Notes under the pieces: generated by a model
Told to the model about the DNA's origin: nothing
What the model saw: the letters and a program-made list of their open reading frames with translations, nothing else
Database searches by the model: none
Shown here: positions 11,117 to 21,761 of the stretch, piece by piece
How positions within the stretch are numbered: the stretch's first letter is position 1
How the letters are laid out: each line of letters opens with the position of its first letter
From: Candidatus Cloacimonadales bacterium
Lineage (GTDB): Bacteria; Cloacimonadota; Cloacimonadia; Cloacimonadales; JAFGVF01
Direction: 5' to 3'
Length of the DNA: 64,000 bases
Assembly (NCBI GenBank): GCA_963678315.1
Contig: OY782781.1
Span: 1,632,001 to 1,696,000 of the forward strand
Made by a program: the position numbers and the translations under genes

Positions 11117-11143
11117 AAGGCTCGATTGATTCGGGCCTTTTTT
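11117..11143 (+). terminator. Rho-independent terminator
   Basis: AAGGCTCGA-ttgat-TCGGGCCTT followed by a T-tract. Confidence 0.75.
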
Positions 11144-11289
11144 ACATAAATCATAACTATGGTCAAACCCAAATAATGTCTAATACATCAACCGAAATAA
11201 AAGGATTATGAACTTAGATTATTCTTTGTCTGATAATATTATCATTGACATGAATCTGCATCATAATTTTTATTAAAAAAAAGGATGTA

Positions 11290-12645
11290 ATGATTATGAA
11301 AAAATGTATTATATATGTAATTTTGGCTTTAATAATAACAAATATATGCTCAGTTACAGTTTTATTTGACAGGACAAAAGATGAATTAGCAGGTAACGCA
11401 GATTGGACTATTGGTTATTCTCCTAACTGGACAGGGGGGTATTCAGAATTTGGTCAAGCTTTGAGAGATTTAGGCTATAACACCCAGACTCTTACAGGTA
11501 GCAATATCTCTTCAAGCGACTTACAGAACGTTGATGTTTTTGTAATTCCAGAACCACAAGAGTCATTCTCTTATAGCGAAAGAACTGCTATTCTTAACTT
11601 TGTTGATAATGGTGGCGGACTCTTTATTATTGCTAATCATGTAGGTTCTGACAGATCAAATAATGGATGGGATTCTCCAAGAGTTTATAATGAATCCCTT
11701 AATATAGAAAGCAATTTCGGTTTTACATTTATTGATGTAGGAAGTTTATATGTTGACCCTACTACTATGTTTGAAAGCCCAAGAGGTCCAATTACTGAAG
11801 GTTTATCTTCAGTGGGAATGTATGCCGGTTCTGCAATAGAAGTTACAGGAACAGATGTAGTAACTAATGTTTATCTTAGAAACTTTAATGAATCTGGTAT
11901 GGTCTCATTGGAATATGGCTCAGGAAGAGTAGTTGCATGGGGGGATAGCTCTCCTTGGGATGATGGAACTGGTAATTCAGGTAATAATTTATATGATGGC
12001 TGGACTGACCATGATAATGCCCAATGGGGATTAAATGTTATTGCTTGGTTAGCAGGAGAAGGTGCTCCGCAAGTAGAAACTAATTTTGCAAATGTTAACT
12101 TCCCTCAAGAAGTAGCTGTTGGTAATCCAATCAATGTATCTTGTAATATTTCTGCTGTAAATGCAAATGTTACTCGAGCTTACTTATATTGGAATACAGG
12201 TAGTGGTTTCCATCCAACTTCAATGACTTCTAGTGGAACATTATTCAATGTAACTATTCCTGCACAAGAAGAAGCTACAGAAGTTTCTTTCTATATTCAA
12301 GCTATCCTAAGCAATAACCAATATGGCTATTTTCCGGAAGGTGCTCCAAACGAACTAGAAACCATTGTAGTTAGTCCAGTTAGTAACTATGATGATGTTG
12401 AGCCAATAGAAAGCATATTTTCTGTTTATCCTAACCCCTGTAACTTAACTGAACAAGACTTAAAGATTTCAACAAATAAAGAGCAAACTATTAAAATTTA
12501 TGATATTAAGGGACGATTAATAGAAAGACTTGTCGTTCAAAATGAGAAGACCTTTAATAAGGGTGATTTATCAAGTAAACTTAATTCGGGAACTTATATA
12601 TTCAAAAGCAAAGACTATGTTCAAAAAGTGAGTATAATAAAATAA
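11290..12645 (+). CDS. Secreted protein, GATase-like/DUF4350-type N-domain with C-terminal sorting (T9SS-like) domain
   Basis: Signal peptide, VLFDRTKDELAGNADW...VFVIPEP...GGGLF, and C-terminal VYPNPCN...IYDIKGRLI...SGTYIF. Confidence 0.7.
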   Translation: MIMKKCIIYVILALIITNICSVTVLFDRTKDELAGNADWTIGYSPNWTGGYSEFGQALRDLGYNTQTLTGSNISSSDLQNVDVFVIPEPQESFSYSERTAILNFVDNGGGLFIIANHVGSDRSNNGWDSPRVYNESLNIESNFGFTFIDVGSLYVDPTTMFESPRGPITEGLSSVGMYAGSAIEVTGTDVVTNVYLRNFNESGMVSLEYGSGRVVAWGDSSPWDDGTGNSGNNLYDGWTDHDNAQWGLNVIAWLAGEGAPQVETNFANVNFPQEVAVGNPINVSCNISAVNANVTRAYLYWNTGSGFHPTSMTSSGTLFNVTIPAQEEATEVSFYIQAILSNNQYGYFPEGAPNELETIVVSPVSNYDDVEPIESIFSVYPNPCNLTEQDLKISTNKEQTIKIYDIKGRLIERLVVQNEKTFNKGDLSSKLNSGTYIFKSKDYVQKVSIIK

Positions 12646-13445
12646 TGAAAGATAATTTTTACCATAAAAAGAAGTGGGGACAGAACTTTCTTAAAGACAA
12701 GAATATTGTTGAAAAGATAGTTAGAGAATCAAAGATTACTAAAGATGATAAAATTTGGGAGATTGGTCCTGGAATGGGGATTCTCACAGAAGCAATATTG
12801 AAAGTTAGTCCTCAACTTACAGCTTTTGAAATAGATGACGAAGTGATTGAAATCATCAAAGAACGCTTTGGTCAACGTATATCTCTAATCAAAGGGGATG
12901 TAATTAAGTTAGATTGGAGTAAATATCTACAGGATAATATTAAGATTGTAGCTAACATTCCTTATCAAATAACTTCACCATTATTGTATAAGATCTGTAA
13001 TAATTGCGATAAGATTGATACAGCAACTTTGATGGTTCAGAAAGAATTTGCAGATAGATTAAGAGCTAAGCCAAATACCAAAGAGTATGCAGCCTTAACT
13101 ATTAAAACCCAGTTCTTCTATAATGTGAAAATGTTATTCAAAGTTCCGGCACATGTATTCAATCCACCACCAAGAGTAGATTCTGCAATTATTCATCTTG
13201 AATTAAGAAAAGATATTCCTCAAATAGATAACTTAAAATTGTTCAATAAATTGGTAGATGCAGCATTTGCCATGAGAAGAAAGACTTTAAGAAACAACCT
13301 GAAAGCTTTTATTGGAGCAGACAATGTTGCTAGAATGGATCAAGATAACATAATCGACCTAAGAAGACGTGGAGAATCTCTGAGTGAAGAAGAGTATCTT
13401 AGCATTTATCATTATCTTAATGATAAGCTCAAGTTTACTTGCTAA
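12645..13445 (+). CDS. rsmA: 16S rRNA adenine dimethyltransferase
   Basis: KKWGQNFL, EIGPGMG, VANIPYQITSP, MVQKEFA, PPPRVDSA. Confidence 0.95.
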   Translation: MKDNFYHKKKWGQNFLKDKNIVEKIVRESKITKDDKIWEIGPGMGILTEAILKVSPQLTAFEIDDEVIEIIKERFGQRISLIKGDVIKLDWSKYLQDNIKIVANIPYQITSPLLYKICNNCDKIDTATLMVQKEFADRLRAKPNTKEYAALTIKTQFFYNVKMLFKVPAHVFNPPPRVDSAIIHLELRKDIPQIDNLKLFNKLVDAAFAMRRKTLRNNLKAFIGADNVARMDQDNIIDLRRRGESLSEEEYLSIYHYLNDKLKFTC

Positions 13446-15195
13446 GTTAGAATTTAAATCTACTTATCACGAGTATAACAAGAATCACCAGTTCGATTAC
13501 TTGCTTGATTATAATTATATAAACGATAAGCTTGAACTAGATCTTGAGAATAGCTTAAGAAAGCTTAATAATAAGGTTTTCGACCAAGTTAATTCACAAA
13601 GTAATTATACCGCAATACTTTCTTATAAGTTTCCTAAATTCTATAATGGGCTAATTGTATCTTACCAAAATGTATATGATCATTATCCTGAATATCATAG
13701 AGAGGGTGATGTGAAACAGAATAGCTATACTACTGGATATTACCTGAATTATTCTGTTACAGATAGTCTTTCTTTGCGTGGAGAAACTAAGATATTATAT
13801 GATATTCTTGATGATCCTAATATTCGTAAAGATGAGTTTAATAGGAAAGGATATAAATCAAGTTTAGTAGGTAATTGGGGCTTATCTCTACATGAAAATG
13901 ATATACATCTCAATTTCAACTATGCTAATGAAAATAAAACTAATAACTACATTAATCAGTTAAAATCATATTTAAACCATAGTTATCAATCAGACTACTT
14001 AAATGTTATGAACAATATCAGTTTTAATACTTCTAAAAATGATATTTATACCTTAGTGGGGGATACTCTTGTAGGTTATGATTATTCCCAAACCAATTCT
14101 CAGTTAAAAGATGATTTCAATATAAGAAGTATAATTGAAACATCAATTACTGATAGATTTGGCTTTGTTCTTAACAGTAATTTCAATAAGAGCAATAGTA
14201 GGTATGACTCTAGTACTAATAAGAATAGTAAGAATCTTTCCTATGACTTCTTTTTAGAAAGTGAATATTTGGCTACTAATTGGATGTCACTTCTTGTTAA
14301 TCTAGATTATGGTCAGATTGAGAAAGACTTCTTTCAAACAAGTAATAACAGGAATATTGAGAACATAAAAACTGTTTTCGGTGTTAACTTTAACAATATC
14401 TATCTAGATTCGTTATCGGTAAGGCAATCATTGGAGAAAGTAACAACTAATTACCCAAACTCAACTTATGGCTTGGATAATGATTTAATAACCGAAATCA
14501 CTCAAGTATCAATGAGAAAGATGTTGATCGATAGAGTTAATCTAAAGAACTATTTTACTTATAGTAAGTGGGAAGAGGTTAATATAAGTTCTAACTTATC
14601 AGCAAATAACAATATCAGAACTTCTTACTTCTTTAATCCTCAATTAGAGATTCTTTTTGGAGATAAGTTATTGCTTACACAAGATTATACAATAAAAATT
14701 GATTATGATGACTATGTTTATGATAGCTATAATTATGATTACGACAACATCAATCTATATGATAGGTACTATAGACAAGTCTCTGCAGAATACAAGCTAG
14801 AATACAATAATTCCCCAATTATTGCAGGGATGGATAATAATATATGGGAGATACCTGATAGACTATCTAAAAGATCCGATAATTTAGGAGTTACTCTTTC
14901 ATACAAGTATTTTGCTAATGAAGCTGGAGATAAACGTAGTTCTGTCTATATCATCAACGGTCAAAACAAAAGAAATGAGATGTATTTAGAAGTTAAGAAG
15001 AAGTATGAAGATTTCTCTTTAACTGTAAAACCTCAACTAGAGTGGGGAGACTCTGAAATATATGAACTTGTATCTTTAATCAATTATGAATATGCAAGAA
15101 ATATAAATTTCCTACTAAGAATTAAACCTAAAATAGATGTTGATAAAGATGAGGTAATTTATACTGTTGATAGTGAAATCAGTTTAAGATTTTAG
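13384..15195 (+). CDS. Putative outer-membrane beta-barrel protein
   Basis: Signal peptide, Y/N/S-rich alternating strands and C-terminal Phe (EISLRF). Overlaps the rsmA 3' end. Confidence 0.65.
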   Translation: MKKSILAFIIILMISSSLLAKLEFKSTYHEYNKNHQFDYLLDYNYINDKLELDLENSLRKLNNKVFDQVNSQSNYTAILSYKFPKFYNGLIVSYQNVYDHYPEYHREGDVKQNSYTTGYYLNYSVTDSLSLRGETKILYDILDDPNIRKDEFNRKGYKSSLVGNWGLSLHENDIHLNFNYANENKTNNYINQLKSYLNHSYQSDYLNVMNNISFNTSKNDIYTLVGDTLVGYDYSQTNSQLKDDFNIRSIIETSITDRFGFVLNSNFNKSNSRYDSSTNKNSKNLSYDFFLESEYLATNWMSLLVNLDYGQIEKDFFQTSNNRNIENIKTVFGVNFNNIYLDSLSVRQSLEKVTTNYPNSTYGLDNDLITEITQVSMRKMLIDRVNLKNYFTYSKWEEVNISSNLSANNNIRTSYFFNPQLEILFGDKLLLTQDYTIKIDYDDYVYDSYNYDYDNINLYDRYYRQVSAEYKLEYNNSPIIAGMDNNIWEIPDRLSKRSDNLGVTLSYKYFANEAGDKRSSVYIINGQNKRNEMYLEVKKKYEDFSLTVKPQLEWGDSEIYELVSLINYEYARNINFLLRIKPKIDVDKDEVIYTVDSEISLRF

Positions 15196-15341
15196 TTATT
15201 TCATTCTATTTATTAGCAAAGTGCTTTTGCTGAGCAGACTTAATTCTAGTAAAGTATAAATTAATAAATAAATATAAAATTTAGTTTGACTTAATTAAAT
15301 AAGCAATTAATTTTTGAACAAATGACAAATGAGAGACTCAG

Positions 15342-18167
15342 ATGAAAGATAAAATAATAATAAAAGGTGCAAGTGAACATAATTTAAAGAATGTTAACTT
15401 AGAATTCAAAAGAAACCAACTTGTAGTAGTAACTGGTGTTTCTGGTTCAGGAAAATCATCTCTAGCTTTTGATACTCTATATGCTGAAGGTCAAAGACGT
15501 TATGTTGAATCATTATCAGCTTATGCAAGACAGTTTTTAGGTCAAATGGAGAAGCCTAAAGTTGACTATATTGAAGGTTTAAGTCCTGCTATATCAATAG
15601 AACAGAAGTCAGCAAGTAAGAACCCAAGATCTACAGTTGGTACTGTAACTGAGATATATGATTATTTAAGAGTTCTATATGCTCGTATTGGTGAACAGCA
15701 TTGCCATATTTGTGGAGATCCTGTTAGCTCATTAACAGTTGACCAAATTGTTGAGCACTTGATGCTTAATCCTGAAAAGACTAAGATGCAGATACTAGCC
15801 CCGGTTGTACAAAATAGAAAAGGTACTCATGTTGATGAGCTTAGCAATATTAGGGCTGAAGGTTTCACAAGAGTTAAGATTAATGGGGTTGTCAGAAAGC
15901 TAGATGAAGAAATCGTCTTAGATAAGAAGAGTAAACATACTATAGATGTTGTAGTAGATAGGATTTCGATTAAGGAGAGCGTAAGATCTAGGTTAACTGA
16001 TTCAGTTGAAACAGCACTTAAACTAGCTGAAGGAATGCTTAAAATTGATTATGTAGAAGAGGATAGGGAAGAGATTCTTTCTGAGAAGAATGCTTGTGCT
16101 AAGTGTGGAATAGGTTTTGAAGAATTATCCCCCCAGAGCTTCTCTTTTAATAGCCCGATTGGCGCATGTCCTAAGTGTAAAGGATTAGGCTATACTTTAG
16201 AAATAGACCCAGATTTAATTGTTACTAATCCAGAATTATCCATTTGGCATGGTGCTGTCGCTCCTTATGGTTCATTTGGTAAATCAAAAAGTTATACTAA
16301 AAAGACATTACAGCATTTAGCTAATGAGTTTGATTTTGATTTAAAAACACCTTGGAAAGATCTACCAAAGGATATTCAAAATCTAATTTTATATGGTTCA
16401 AAAGGGAAGAAATTCACTGTATCTTGGAAGAATAAAAACTCACAAGGTGAATATCAGTCAACTTTTGAAGGTATTGTTAAAACTCTAACAAGAAGAATGA
16501 GAGAGACGACCTCAGAAGCTGCCCGTAGATATTACATGGAATTTGTTAGTAATAAACCTTGTTCCGAATGTGGTGGAACTAAACTTAAGAAGTCTAGCAA
16601 TGCAGTATTAATTGAAGGCAAGAATATTTCAACAATTACTGAAATGAGTGTTCAGGAAGCCCATGATCTATATAGTCAAATGGTTTTAACAGGAAATAAA
16701 CTAATTATTGCTGAAGAAGTATTGAAAGAGATTAAAAACCGTTTAACATTTTTAATGAGCGTTGGTTTGCATTACTTAACACTTAATAGAAGAGCACCAA
16801 CTCTTTCTGGTGGAGAGTCTCAAAGAATCAGATTGGCTAGTCAAATAGGCTCACAATTAGTAGGTGTTATGTATATTTTGGATGAACCAAGTATTGGGCT
16901 TCACCAAAGAGACAATGATAAGTTGATAGAAATGCTGAAACATCTTAGAGACTTAGGTAATACAGTGATTGTGGTTGAACACGATGAAGACACTATCAGG
17001 GAAGCTGATGAGATTATTGATTTTGGTCCTCGAGCTGGTATTTATGGGGGACAAGTAGTTGCTCAAGGCAATCTCAAGCAGATTATGAAATCCAAAGATT
17101 CTCTTACAGCTAAGTATCTTAGTGGAAAGATGGAAATAGAAGTTCCTAAAGAAAGAGTTTCTATTGATGATAGGTTAATTTCTATCAAAGGTGCAAGTCA
17201 TAACAACTTAAAGAATGTCAATGTCGATATTCCTCTTGGGATGTTTGTTTGTGTAACAGGTGTTTCAGGTTCTGGTAAATCTTCATTGATAAACCAGATA
17301 CTTTCTCCTTATTTACATAATCATTTCTTCAAATCTCAACAACAAGTAGGTAAAGTTGAATCTATTAATGGTATGGAACACATAGATAAGATAATCTCTA
17401 TTGATCAACAGCCAATAGGTAGAACACCACGCTCTAATCCTTCTACTTATATCAAGGTATTTGATTTGATTAGAAACCTTTTTGCAGAACTTCCAGCTTC
17501 TAAGTTAAGAGGTTATAAACAAGGTCGATTTTCTTTCAATGTTAAAGGTGGAAGGTGTGAACATTGCGGTGGGGCAGGTGTCAGACAGATTGAAATGCAC
17601 TTTATGGCTGATATTTATGTAACATGTGAAGTTTGTAAAGGTAAGAGATTTAATAATGAAACTCTCCAAATCAAGTATAAAGGGAAGAATATTTCTGAAG
17701 TATTAGATATGGATGTACAAGAAGCCTATGAGTTCTTCGAGAAGGTACCAAAAATAGCCACAAAGCTTAAAACTCTTCTCGATGTAGGCATGGACTACGT
17801 TAAGCTAGGTCAGCCTTCTACAACTCTCTCAGGTGGGGAAGCACAAAGAATTAAACTTGCTAGAGAACTAAGTAAGCGCTCAACTGGTAAAACATTGTAT
17901 CTGCTCGATGAACCAACAACAGGACTACATTTTGATGATGTTCAAAAACTATTAAAAGTACTCAAAAAACTTGTAGCAATGGGCAATACCATAGTTGTGA
18001 TTGAACATAATATGGATGTGATTAAATCTGCAGATTATATTATTGATTTAGGACCAGAAGGTGGTGATAATGGAGGAACTATTATTGCTCAAGGAAGCCC
18101 TGAAGAAGTTGCTGAAAATCAACAATCCTATACTGGTAAGTATCTAAAGAGGTATTTGAATAAATAA
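15342..18167 (+). CDS. uvrA: Excinuclease ABC subunit A
   Basis: Two GVSGSGKSS Walker A motifs, LSGGESQRIRLA/LSGGEAQRIKLA and zinc fingers. Confidence 0.98.
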   Translation: MKDKIIIKGASEHNLKNVNLEFKRNQLVVVTGVSGSGKSSLAFDTLYAEGQRRYVESLSAYARQFLGQMEKPKVDYIEGLSPAISIEQKSASKNPRSTVGTVTEIYDYLRVLYARIGEQHCHICGDPVSSLTVDQIVEHLMLNPEKTKMQILAPVVQNRKGTHVDELSNIRAEGFTRVKINGVVRKLDEEIVLDKKSKHTIDVVVDRISIKESVRSRLTDSVETALKLAEGMLKIDYVEEDREEILSEKNACAKCGIGFEELSPQSFSFNSPIGACPKCKGLGYTLEIDPDLIVTNPELSIWHGAVAPYGSFGKSKSYTKKTLQHLANEFDFDLKTPWKDLPKDIQNLILYGSKGKKFTVSWKNKNSQGEYQSTFEGIVKTLTRRMRETTSEAARRYYMEFVSNKPCSECGGTKLKKSSNAVLIEGKNISTITEMSVQEAHDLYSQMVLTGNKLIIAEEVLKEIKNRLTFLMSVGLHYLTLNRRAPTLSGGESQRIRLASQIGSQLVGVMYILDEPSIGLHQRDNDKLIEMLKHLRDLGNTVIVVEHDEDTIREADEIIDFGPRAGIYGGQVVAQGNLKQIMKSKDSLTAKYLSGKMEIEVPKERVSIDDRLISIKGASHNNLKNVNVDIPLGMFVCVTGVSGSGKSSLINQILSPYLHNHFFKSQQQVGKVESINGMEHIDKIISIDQQPIGRTPRSNPSTYIKVFDLIRNLFAELPASKLRGYKQGRFSFNVKGGRCEHCGGAGVRQIEMHFMADIYVTCEVCKGKRFNNETLQIKYKGKNISEVLDMDVQEAYEFFEKVPKIATKLKTLLDVGMDYVKLGQPSTTLSGGEAQRIKLARELSKRSTGKTLYLLDEPTTGLHFDDVQKLLKVLKKLVAMGNTIVVIEHNMDVIKSADYIIDLGPEGGDNGGTIIAQGSPEEVAENQQSYTGKYLKRYLNK

Positions 18168-18175
18168 TTTTTTTT

Positions 18176-18328
18176 TGGGTGCACAAGCATCTTGCTTGTA
18201 TTTGGATTTTAAGCTTCCTAGCTTACAAAACCATTTTTGTGTAAGCATGAACTTTCATGTTCAACCTATCGGTGGATGCTTACACTCCAAAACATTGGGT
18301 ACTCAAGCTTCCAGCTTGCCAACTGGGA
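18176..18328. repeat. Cluster of REP-like hairpins downstream of uvrA
   Basis: ACAAGC-atctt-GCTTGT, TAAGC-ttccta-GCTTA, GTAAGC...GCTTAC (18241-18289, near reverse-complement copy of 33391-33436) and CAAGC-ttcca-GCTTG. Confidence 0.75.
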
Positions 18329-18408
18329 TTTGATAAAAGTGCTTTTATACAAAAAGAGAGTTATGATTGTTCATAACTCTCTAATTTTTATTTTTGTACA
18401 AATAAATT

Positions 18409-18642
18409 TTAGAACAATCCTGCTAAAATTGAACCTGCTACTGCAAAAATTACAGCATAAATTACTATTCCAATTAGCATCCAAATTAAGGCTGCTTTTG
18501 CCCAATTTGCTTTACTAGCAGGAGTCCCATTACCAAAAGCCCAAACAAATAGCATTATCAAATTAACTAGTGGTATTATCATAATAATTGAGGTAGCCAT
18601 CCAGTCACCAACTGATACAACACGATTTTCAAAGTTTTCCAT
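18409..18642 (-). CDS. Small two-TM membrane protein
   Basis: MENFENRVVSVGDWMATSIIMIIPLVNLIMLFVWAFG...KANWAKA, with AAGGAG RBS before ATG 18642. Confidence 0.8.
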   Translation of the reverse strand: MENFENRVVSVGDWMATSIIMIIPLVNLIMLFVWAFGNGTPASKANWAKAALIWMLIGIVIYAVIFAVAGSILAGLF

Positions 18643-18780
18643 ATAATCTCCTTTTTTGATTTTACTGAGAAATAACTTTTTAGTATACAACAATTTATGT
18701 AGAAATGTGTACACCTGTCAAGATAATTAATAAATCATTAATAAAGTTTACATTCAAGATAGAGGTACAATGAACAGTAT

Positions 18781-18912
18781 TTGCCTGTAGCAGCCTCTGC
18801 TTGCACCCCTAAAAGAGGCTGGATGCTTACACTTCCTGCGTTCCCAGTAACTCCTAACTTACTGGTCTCCTTGAAAAATCGGCTTTTTTTCAAGGAGGCT
18901 AGTAAGGGTCTA
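18781..18912. repeat. Composite repeat cluster: REP half with inserted hairpin, GCGTTCCCAGTA foot and copy 2 of the 65-bp element
   Basis: GGATGCTTACACTTCC (18821-18836), GCGTTCCCAGTA (18838-18849), and 18848-18912 as an inverted copy of 5772-5836. Confidence 0.8.
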
Positions 18913-18929
18913 CTAAAGAGAGCTAAGGC

Positions 18930-18967
18930 AAAAAAAAAGAGGCTAGGAAAAATCCTAACCTCTTTTT
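18930..18967 (-). terminator. rpsT terminator
   Basis: AAAAAGAGGCTAGGA...TCCTAACCTCTTTTT stem with an A-tract (U-tract on the minus strand). Confidence 0.75.
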
Positions 18968-18983
18968 AATATTCTCAAAAATA

Positions 18984-19253
18984 TTATTCAGATGTAATAT
19001 TATGTTCTTTAGCTAGATAAGCAGCAATTCTTGCTTTTCTACGAGAAGCAGTTCTTTTATGAATAACATTAGTTTTAGCAGCTTTATCAAGTTTAGAATA
19101 AATCACATTAATAAGTTCTTTCTTTTCATCTAAAGAAATGTCTGAGCGCATTTTCTTATCTAGAGTAGAAAGAGTACGTTTTACATAGTGATTACGAGCA
19201 GCTCTTTTAGCGTCTTGTCTCAATCTCTTCGCAGGAGACTTATGATTTGGCAT
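18984..19253 (-). CDS. rpsT: 30S ribosomal protein S20
   Basis: MPNHKSPAKRLRQ...RN...LDKAAKTNVIHKRTASRRKAR. Confidence 0.97.
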   Translation of the reverse strand: MPNHKSPAKRLRQDAKRAARNHYVKRTLSTLDKKMRSDISLDEKKELINVIYSKLDKAAKTNVIHKRTASRRKARIAAYLAKEHNITSE

Positions 19254-19392
19254 TTTTCCTCCAATTAATCTATCTTTATTTAATTTTTTAATCTTCTGTG
19301 AAAAAAAAAGGAATACAAGTTTCCTGTCAATAGTTTTTTTATAAAATTTTTAATCTAATGTAAAACAATAGTTTAAGAATACTTGATGTTAC

Positions 19393-20649
19393 TTATTTCT
19401 TGTTGATATTTATGAACATATTGTCCAAATCTATAATCATTTCCTTTATTGAGAATAGTTCAGAATTATTAACAAAGTCTTTTTGATTCTTTTCCCATGA
19501 TTGGTAAATTGATTGTATGTATAACTTGCTTGCTTCGATATCATTGTATTCTGCAACAAAACCAGAATCACTGGAAGAGATTATTTTAGCAGCATTTCCG
19601 TTTTTTGGACCTATACAAAGAATGGGAACTTGTGAACCTATATACTCAAATAGTTTTGTAGTAAGCATTCCCTCGTTTCCTTCATAGTCATTTATAAGTA
19701 ATACAAGTAGTTCAGAATTAACCATCTCATTTATTGCTTCATTATGCTGAACAAATGCTATGTTTCTGATGGTAAAAGGAGTATCTAAGGTAGGACATGA
19801 CTGATAAGTACCAACAAATGAAAATTCTAGCTTATGATGATTTATATTAGAACTTGAAATAGCTTTTATAGCATGATCAATATCTTGACCTGCAGTGATT
19901 TTACCAATGTATTTAATTCTAAATAATTCACTTCTTTGGTAAGACTTATCTTGGAAGTCATCAGGGTCAAAACTATTAGTAAATGTTTCCTTGAATCCAG
20001 CCGGTAACTGGTCTTTAATAAAGTCAGAAACTACCAAATTAAGGTCTGCATTTTTAACGACTTTCTTTTCTAAGTACTTATTAATACTTCTGGATATCTT
20101 GCTTTGACCTGCTAATTGCAGATACATTATCTCAGACCATGGATCTCTGAAGTCTGTTACCCAAGTAATGTTGAAGTTTCTTTTTAGTCTATTCCCAACT
20201 AAGTGAGTAGAGTGGGGAGGAGCTGTAGTTAAGACTATATCAAATTTATTATTTATTAGAAGTTCTTTAGCCTGTTTATAGGCATACTTGTTCCAGATAA
20301 GTCTTGCATCAGGAATAATAAGATTGATTCTAATCCAAAATAAGATTTTCTTCAATAGAGAATCGTTTGAAGATGTTTCTAACGAACCAAAAGGAATGTT
20401 CTTTTTATCTCCGGAAACCTTCTTATAGAAATTACCAAAAACAGGTGTTTTAGTCCTGTATATCTTTACACTATTTGACACCTTATCAATGAGAGAATCA
20501 TCGATAACTGGGTAGTCGCCATTGTTAGTTGTTATTACACTTATATCCCAGCCAAGTTTATCTAGCCACTTAATTATACGTAGCCATCGTTGAACACCAG
20601 CTCCACCACATGGAGGGAAATAGTAACTTATTAGCAAGAGTTTCTTCAT
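19393..20649 (-). CDS. Glycosyltransferase family 4
   Basis: ISYYFPPCGGAGVQRW, DFRDPW, TKLFEY. Confidence 0.88.
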   Translation of the reverse strand: MKKLLLISYYFPPCGGAGVQRWLRIIKWLDKLGWDISVITTNNGDYPVIDDSLIDKVSNSVKIYRTKTPVFGNFYKKVSGDKKNIPFGSLETSSNDSLLKKILFWIRINLIIPDARLIWNKYAYKQAKELLINNKFDIVLTTAPPHSTHLVGNRLKRNFNITWVTDFRDPWSEIMYLQLAGQSKISRSINKYLEKKVVKNADLNLVVSDFIKDQLPAGFKETFTNSFDPDDFQDKSYQRSELFRIKYIGKITAGQDIDHAIKAISSSNINHHKLEFSFVGTYQSCPTLDTPFTIRNIAFVQHNEAINEMVNSELLVLLINDYEGNEGMLTTKLFEYIGSQVPILCIGPKNGNAAKIISSSDSGFVAEYNDIEASKLYIQSIYQSWEKNQKDFVNNSELFSIKEMIIDLDNMFININKK

Positions 20650-21761
20650 AGTTTTTCAATAACATCTACAAAGGGTTGCCAAGAGTATTTTCGGTTTTCT
20701 TCTTCAATAGCTTTCGTATACTTACCTGGTGTAAAATCTTTATAGAAAGAGATGACGCTATCTACTATTGCTTGTATATTGTTTGCTGGGAACATATTAC
20801 CAGTTTTTCCTTCAACAACTACTTCAGGGATTCCCCCAATTCTAGAGGCTAATACAGGAACTTTGAAAGCGTAAGAAAGTTGAATAATTCCACTCTGAGT
20901 AGCATGCTTATAGGGTAGAACGCAAACATCAGAGTTTTCGAAGAATGTCTTAACTTCCTCATTAGTAATATATTGATTGTAAAATTCAACATTATCTTTT
21001 AAATGTAATTCATCAATAATGTCAAGGTATTGGCTTTCATCACCATAAACTTCTCCGGCTACTATTAACTTTGTTTTAGGTCTAGCTTTGATTATTTGAG
21101 GCATTGCTTTGAGTAATAGATCTAGCCCTTTATAAGCTTTTATGTATCCAAAAAACAGGATTTTATTGTTAATCTTAGATGTATTTATATTTGTAGACTC
21201 ATCAGAATAAAAGTCGTAAGTAGGGTGTTTTAATGGGAAGACCCTATCTTTAGATAACTTAGGAAATAGTTTAAATAGACTATCATAAACACTGTCAGAC
21301 ATGCTTATAAAGTAATCACTAGACTTCATAGCGTATCTTGTAAGCTGGTCTCCCATAAACCACTTTTCATGAAAATCAATATTATCAATGATGTAGAGTA
21401 TTTTCAGGTTAGGGTTTCTTTTTTTCAATCTTTTAAGAATAAATCCAAAAGCAGGTGCAAAGAAAGGAATCCAGTACTTCAGTATTAGAACATCAGGAGA
21501 ATAGTCATTGATTTTATTAATAGTCTTGTTAAATGTAAGAGGATTATAAGGGATTAGTGTGCTATCAATGTTTATCTTGATAACTTTAGAAGACTTTTCT
21601 ACTTGTTCTTTACCAGGGAATAGTAGTTTAGGGTATTGCTTCTTAAAAGAAAAAACCTTTACTTGGTGATTATTAGCTTCTAGTTTATTAGCAAGAATCG
21701 CTATAAATTGAGCAATACCACCTCTTAAGGGATAGGCTGGACCAATAAATGCAACTTTCAA
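20646..21761 (-). CDS. Glycosyltransferase family 4
   Basis: GPAYPLRGGIA, FGYIKAYKGLD, PYKHATQSG, GGIPEVV. Confidence 0.9.
   Translation of the reverse strand: MKVAFIGPAYPLRGGIAQFIAILANKLEANNHQVKVFSFKKQYPKLLFPGKEQVEKSSKVIKINIDSTLIPYNPLTFNKTINKINDYSPDVLILKYWIPFFAPAFGFILKRLKKRNPNLKILYIIDNIDFHEKWFMGDQLTRYAMKSSDYFISMSDSVYDSLFKLFPKLSKDRVFPLKHPTYDFYSDESTNINTSKINNKILFFGYIKAYKGLDLLLKAMPQIIKARPKTKLIVAGEVYGDESQYLDIIDELHLKDNVEFYNQYITNEEVKTFFENSDVCVLPYKHATQSGIIQLSYAFKVPVLASRIGGIPEVVVEGKTGNMFPANNIQAIVDSVISFYKDFTPGKYTKAIEEENRKYSWQPFVDVIEKL

Noticed and set aside
18237..18969. Plus-strand ORFs 18237-18518 and 18781-18969
   Set aside because: They read through repeat clusters or antisense to a real gene, with no RBS or protein-like features.
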